From NCBI RefSeq assembly GCF_001194135.2, contig NC_068991.1, positions 20,760,438-20,793,072 of the forward strand: a DNA stretch of 32,635 nt, in the 5' to 3' direction. This document shows, in pieces, positions 28,984 to 32,635 of the stretch. Under the pieces are notes generated by a model. The model was given only the letters and a program-made list of their open reading frames with translations, was not told where the DNA came from and ran no database searches. The position numbers and the translations under genes were made by a program. The DNA is from Octopus bimaculoides (lineage: Eukaryota). Within the stretch, counting starts at the first letter, position 1, and every line of letters starts with the position of its first letter.

Positions 28984-29999
28984 TATATATATTACATATA
29001 TAAAAAAAATAAACAATGGAAAGGTATTAATTCATCATAGCTGTTTCCAACAAATTTCTTAATTGATTAATGGGTGCATTACATCATTATAAAAAAACTG
29101 TTTTCTTCAGATAAGTATACGAATCACAGTATTAGGAACATTTAAAAACATTTAAAAATCCACGGCAAGTGCATATTTTGTGATTCCACAACATTCGCTA
29201 GTTGCAGATTCACCTCCCTTGGAACTTGTTCCTCGCGTGTTCCAAAGTATATTATGGACTATATATTTAATAGTAATATACGCAGCAGGGTTCAATTAAT
29301 TGTATACATAACCTGAATGTCTTTCTACCTGTATTTTGGTACTAACATTTGTATTCATCTATAGTTGCTGTGTATGCGTTTTAATTCTGACCCAACCTGG
29401 TGCCTTACCATTTAAGTGCCCAATTCACCTGAATCCTAATATATTATGTGTGTGTGTGTGTGTAAATGTGGATGGGTGTGTGCATATGTGTGTATAAAAA
29501 TTAATGGCTGCAGTATCAAATTATGGCTCCATAGAGTTTCATTATTCTAGCACGTTGTGTATACATATACTCACACACACACACACAACATACATGTCCA
29601 TATACATATATATATATTCTCACACATAGATATATATACAAATATGCATACATGTACACAAATACATAGACATGTCAATGATAATATACATAAATACTAT
29701 CACTAGATTTATTACAACCAATCGAGTTTAAAGCACACAGTCCAGCTTAATTATTGGTGAGTACAAACAGGCAGTTAACAACACCACTTCTGTTTCTCTT
29801 CTCTGCTTTTCTGTCTCTTCTACTTCACCTTCTCCTTCTCCAACCCTTTCCTTTTTCTTCATTCATCTTGCCCCACCCTACCTTTCTGAAAGAGCCTCCC
29901 AAACTTGCCCTGCCAGCAATGTTCTATCCATCCCGTCCCCAATACCATCTCGCTTTCACAACACACATACACACACACATAATATCATCGTTACCATTA

Positions 30000-30225
30000 C
30001 CGTCATCATCATGACTTTCACATCCGCTTTCCAAACTGACATGAGTTTGCTGGGTCATCCTGGGCTGAGTCATCTCCTACTGAGACCTGCTGCTTCTTTA
30101 GCCTGAAGCTAAATATTAAGCTAGACATGTCACTTAGCACAATCTCTAGGAAGGGCTGAATGCCCTTCCTATCATCAACCACATTACAAAGGGTATTGAA
30201 TACATGCACCTGTGCCACCATCACT
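30000..30225 (-). mobile_element. Family A, degraded copy
   Basis: CATCATCATG..CATCCGCTTTCCA and GGCTGAATGCCCTTCCTATCATCAACCAC motifs. Confidence 0.6.
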
Positions 30226-30336
30226 GGAGAGGTTGAATAAAGGAACTGTAGACCCCTATGCATTTTCTGTTCATTTGCCATTCACTATACACAGTGCATT
30301 GAGCACAATTTGTGTGAATACATGCATACACATATA

Positions 30337-30548
30337 CAAGGGGATGCTGGAAAGTCCCTGGCTTTGGGTAAAAAAAAAATAAAGGAGGAATATGATTTTA
30401 TTCCATATGGTTACCATCTCAGTTTCACAAACTTATTGCAGCAGTCCTGCAGTTTCTGTAAGCCCTGTAAAAGAACTCAGAATGTTAGGTCTTCCAGTCA
30501 GGCCTTTCGTGATCCCCTTAAAGCAAGGAACTTTACAGCCTCCCCTCG
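30337..30548. mobile_element. Tc1/mariner-type MITE, copy 2 (about 212 bp), inverted relative to copy 1
   Basis: TA at both flanks (30335-36, 30549-50); degenerate versions of the same TIR; internal sequence is the reverse complement of copy 1 (AGCCCTGTAAAAGAACTC versus GAGTTATTTTACAAGGCT). Confidence 0.8.
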
Positions 30549-30844
30549 TATGTATATTTATACACACACACATACACACACACAAACAAAGATGTGTATA
30601 TTCAAATATATATTTATGCATATATCCACACACACACACATGCAAATCAGTAGCTCCAGTTCGCTGAAACTACTGGATTTGTTGTGTATATAAGCAGTCT
30701 TGTCACTTGTTTCTCTGGAGCAGGTCAAGTGATATAGACACCTCTGATGAGAACACTATAAGGTTCAAAATCTGAATAAGGCTCTTCATCACTTTCTCTA
30801 CCTACAGAGAGATTTTAAAATGTGCCATGTATGTATTCTCTTTC

Positions 30845-31148
30845 CGGGTACAGTCTCACAGTGTAGCACCTTGGGCAAGTGTTTTCTACTATAGCCTTGG
30901 GTTGACCAAAGCCTGATGAGTGCAGTTGGTAGGCAGAAACTGAAAGAAGCTCGTCATATATATGTATGTACATATCTATACATGTGAGTCTTTGTGTACG
31001 TGCTTGACTCCCACCATCACTTGATGGTTTGTGGTTCAGCAAAAGAGACCGGCAGAATAAGCACTAGACTAAAAAAAAAAAGTAATGGGGTTGATTTGGT
31101 CAACTAAAGCCCTTCACAGCAGTGCCACAGTCAAATGACTGAAACAAG
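30845..31148 (+). mobile_element. SINE family C, head-truncated copy
   Basis: CCTTGGGCAAGTGTTTTCTACTATAGCC through CCACAGTCAAATGACTGAAACAAG. Confidence 0.8.
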
Positions 31149-31174
31149 GTATTATATATATGTATACATGTACA

Positions 31175-31637
31175 TCATCATCATCACCATCATCATTTAG
31201 TGTCTGCTTTCCATGCTGACATGGGTTAGATGGTTTGATTGAAACTGGTAAGCTGCATCAGGTTCCAATCTGATTTTGTATGGTTTCTATGGCTGGATGC
31301 CTTTCCAAACACCAACCACTCCAAGTGTGTAAATGGGTACTTATAATGCCGGTTACATGACACTGGCATCGGCTCCAACTACAGTTTCACTTGGCTTGGT
31401 AAGTCTTCTCAAGCATGGCATATCGCCAAAGGTCTCAGTCACTTATCACCTCTGTGGGGCCCAACATTTGAAGAGTGCTTTTTATGTGCAACCAGCACAG
31501 GTGCCAGTTACATGACACCGGCATCAGCCACAACTATAATTTCACTTGGCTTGATGAATCTTCTCAAGCACGGCATATCATCAAAGTCACCTATCACCTC
31601 CATGAGGCCCAACGTTCAAAGGGTGCTTTTTATGTGT
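31175..31637 (-). mobile_element. Family A copy carrying a ~155-bp tandem duplication
   Basis: (CAT)n tail and family A motifs; repeat units begin at 31352 and 31507. Confidence 0.75.
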
Positions 31638-31638
31638 G

Positions 31639-31677
<39 letters not shown>

Positions 31678-31914
31678 CTATGCTTTGATAGAAATTAATG
31701 TATATGTACAAACATATGTCATCATTGTTTATTGTCCACTTTTTCATGCTTCCATAGGTCAAATGGTCAAAGCAGATATTCTACGGTCAGATGCCCTTAC
31801 TGTTGCCAACCCTCACCTGTTTCCCAAGCAAAGTAATATTTCTCATCTGATGGTGGTGCTCGTTTGTCAAGACAACAGTACACACAAACACACATGTACA
31901 CACACACAGATATC

Positions 31915-32073
31915 TATAGCGAGCTTCTTTCAGTTTTCTTCTGACAAATTCACTCACAAGGCTGTGATCTGCCCAGGGCCATAGTAGAAGACACTTGCTC
32001 AAGATGCTGTGCAGTGTGACTGAACTTAGGACCACATGGTTGGGAAGCATGCTCCTTTTCCACACAGCCATAC
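31915..32073 (-). mobile_element. SINE family C, 5' half
   Basis: Reverse complement matches the family C head (TGGCTGTGTGG, CAACCATGTGGT, GAGCAAGTGTCTTCTACTATGGCC). Confidence 0.75.
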
Positions 32074-32382
32074 AATTTCATTTATACACACAAACACACA
32101 CATTAATTACAAAAGAACAGCAGTTAGGTATCCACATTCATAAGCTTATGAATGAAGGCTCAGATGAAACTGTAAGATGTCACACTAACACTTACCTGTG
32201 GGCCACAGTTATTTTATGTCCAAAACAGCTGTTAGGTAATGAAAATGATTATATAACTCCTGTTCTTTTGTCACTGATTTATCAATCAATATGACACTCT
32301 GTACTTATCTTCTGGTTCATAAAGAACTGAAGATGCCAGTGAATTCACACCACCTCATTGCAGGAACTTAGTACAACCATGC

Positions 32383-32417
<35 letters not shown>

Positions 32418-32454
32418 ATATATATATACTAAGTAGGGCAATGAACTAGAAGAA

Positions 32455-32635
32455 TCATTACCTGGCGGGACAAAATGCTAAATAGCATTTCATCCATCCA
32501 TTCCGAGTTCAAATTCCACTGAGGTCAGCTTTACCTTTCATCCTTTCAGGGTCAATGAAATAAGTACCAGTTACATACTGGAGTTGATGTAATTGATCAT
32601 ACTCCTTCCCTAAATTTCAGGCCCAGTGCCTAAAG
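32455..32635 (+). mobile_element. Family B copy running to the window end
   Basis: TTCCGAGTTCAAATTCCACTGAGGTCAGCTTTACCTTTCATCCTTTCAGGGTCAATGAAATAAGTACCAG..AATTTCAGGCC. Confidence 0.8.

Noticed and set aside
29140-29320. Locally CpG-richer segment with short open frames
   Set aside because: No splice-consistent exon and no recognisable motif.

Overview
Eukaryotic, AT-rich, repeat-dense genomic DNA with four N gaps (2263-3052, 13698-14536, 26436-26737, 27424-27648). The SINE and microsatellite landscape looks like an Octopus draft assembly (inference from pattern recall, not a database result). The window lies inside one minus-strand gene. Ten GT-AG exons read by eye (24417-24482, 21417-21552, 20533-20582, 18979-19072, 17514-17578, 12721-12760, 9314-9439, 6535-6592, 3870-4137, 3128-3190) splice with matching phases into 966 nt (322 codons) with no stop. 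The product is a coiled-coil protein whose first exons resemble the N-terminal region of the golgin TRIP11/GMAP-210; neither start nor stop is visible. Introns hold at least four SINE-like families, LINE fragments (CR1/L2-like C-terminus, L1/Tx1-like RT, R4/Dong-like RLE), a hAT MITE with TSD, two mariner-type MITEs, minisatellites and many microsatellites. Most ORF-track entries are microsatellite, SINE or N artefacts. I found no convincing novel multi-gene system. The best leads are a LINE-SINE shared 3' tail, RLE fragments abutting (AAT)n, same-strand SINE stacks in (ATT)n, a candidate 15-nt microexon and nearby inverted SINE pairs.
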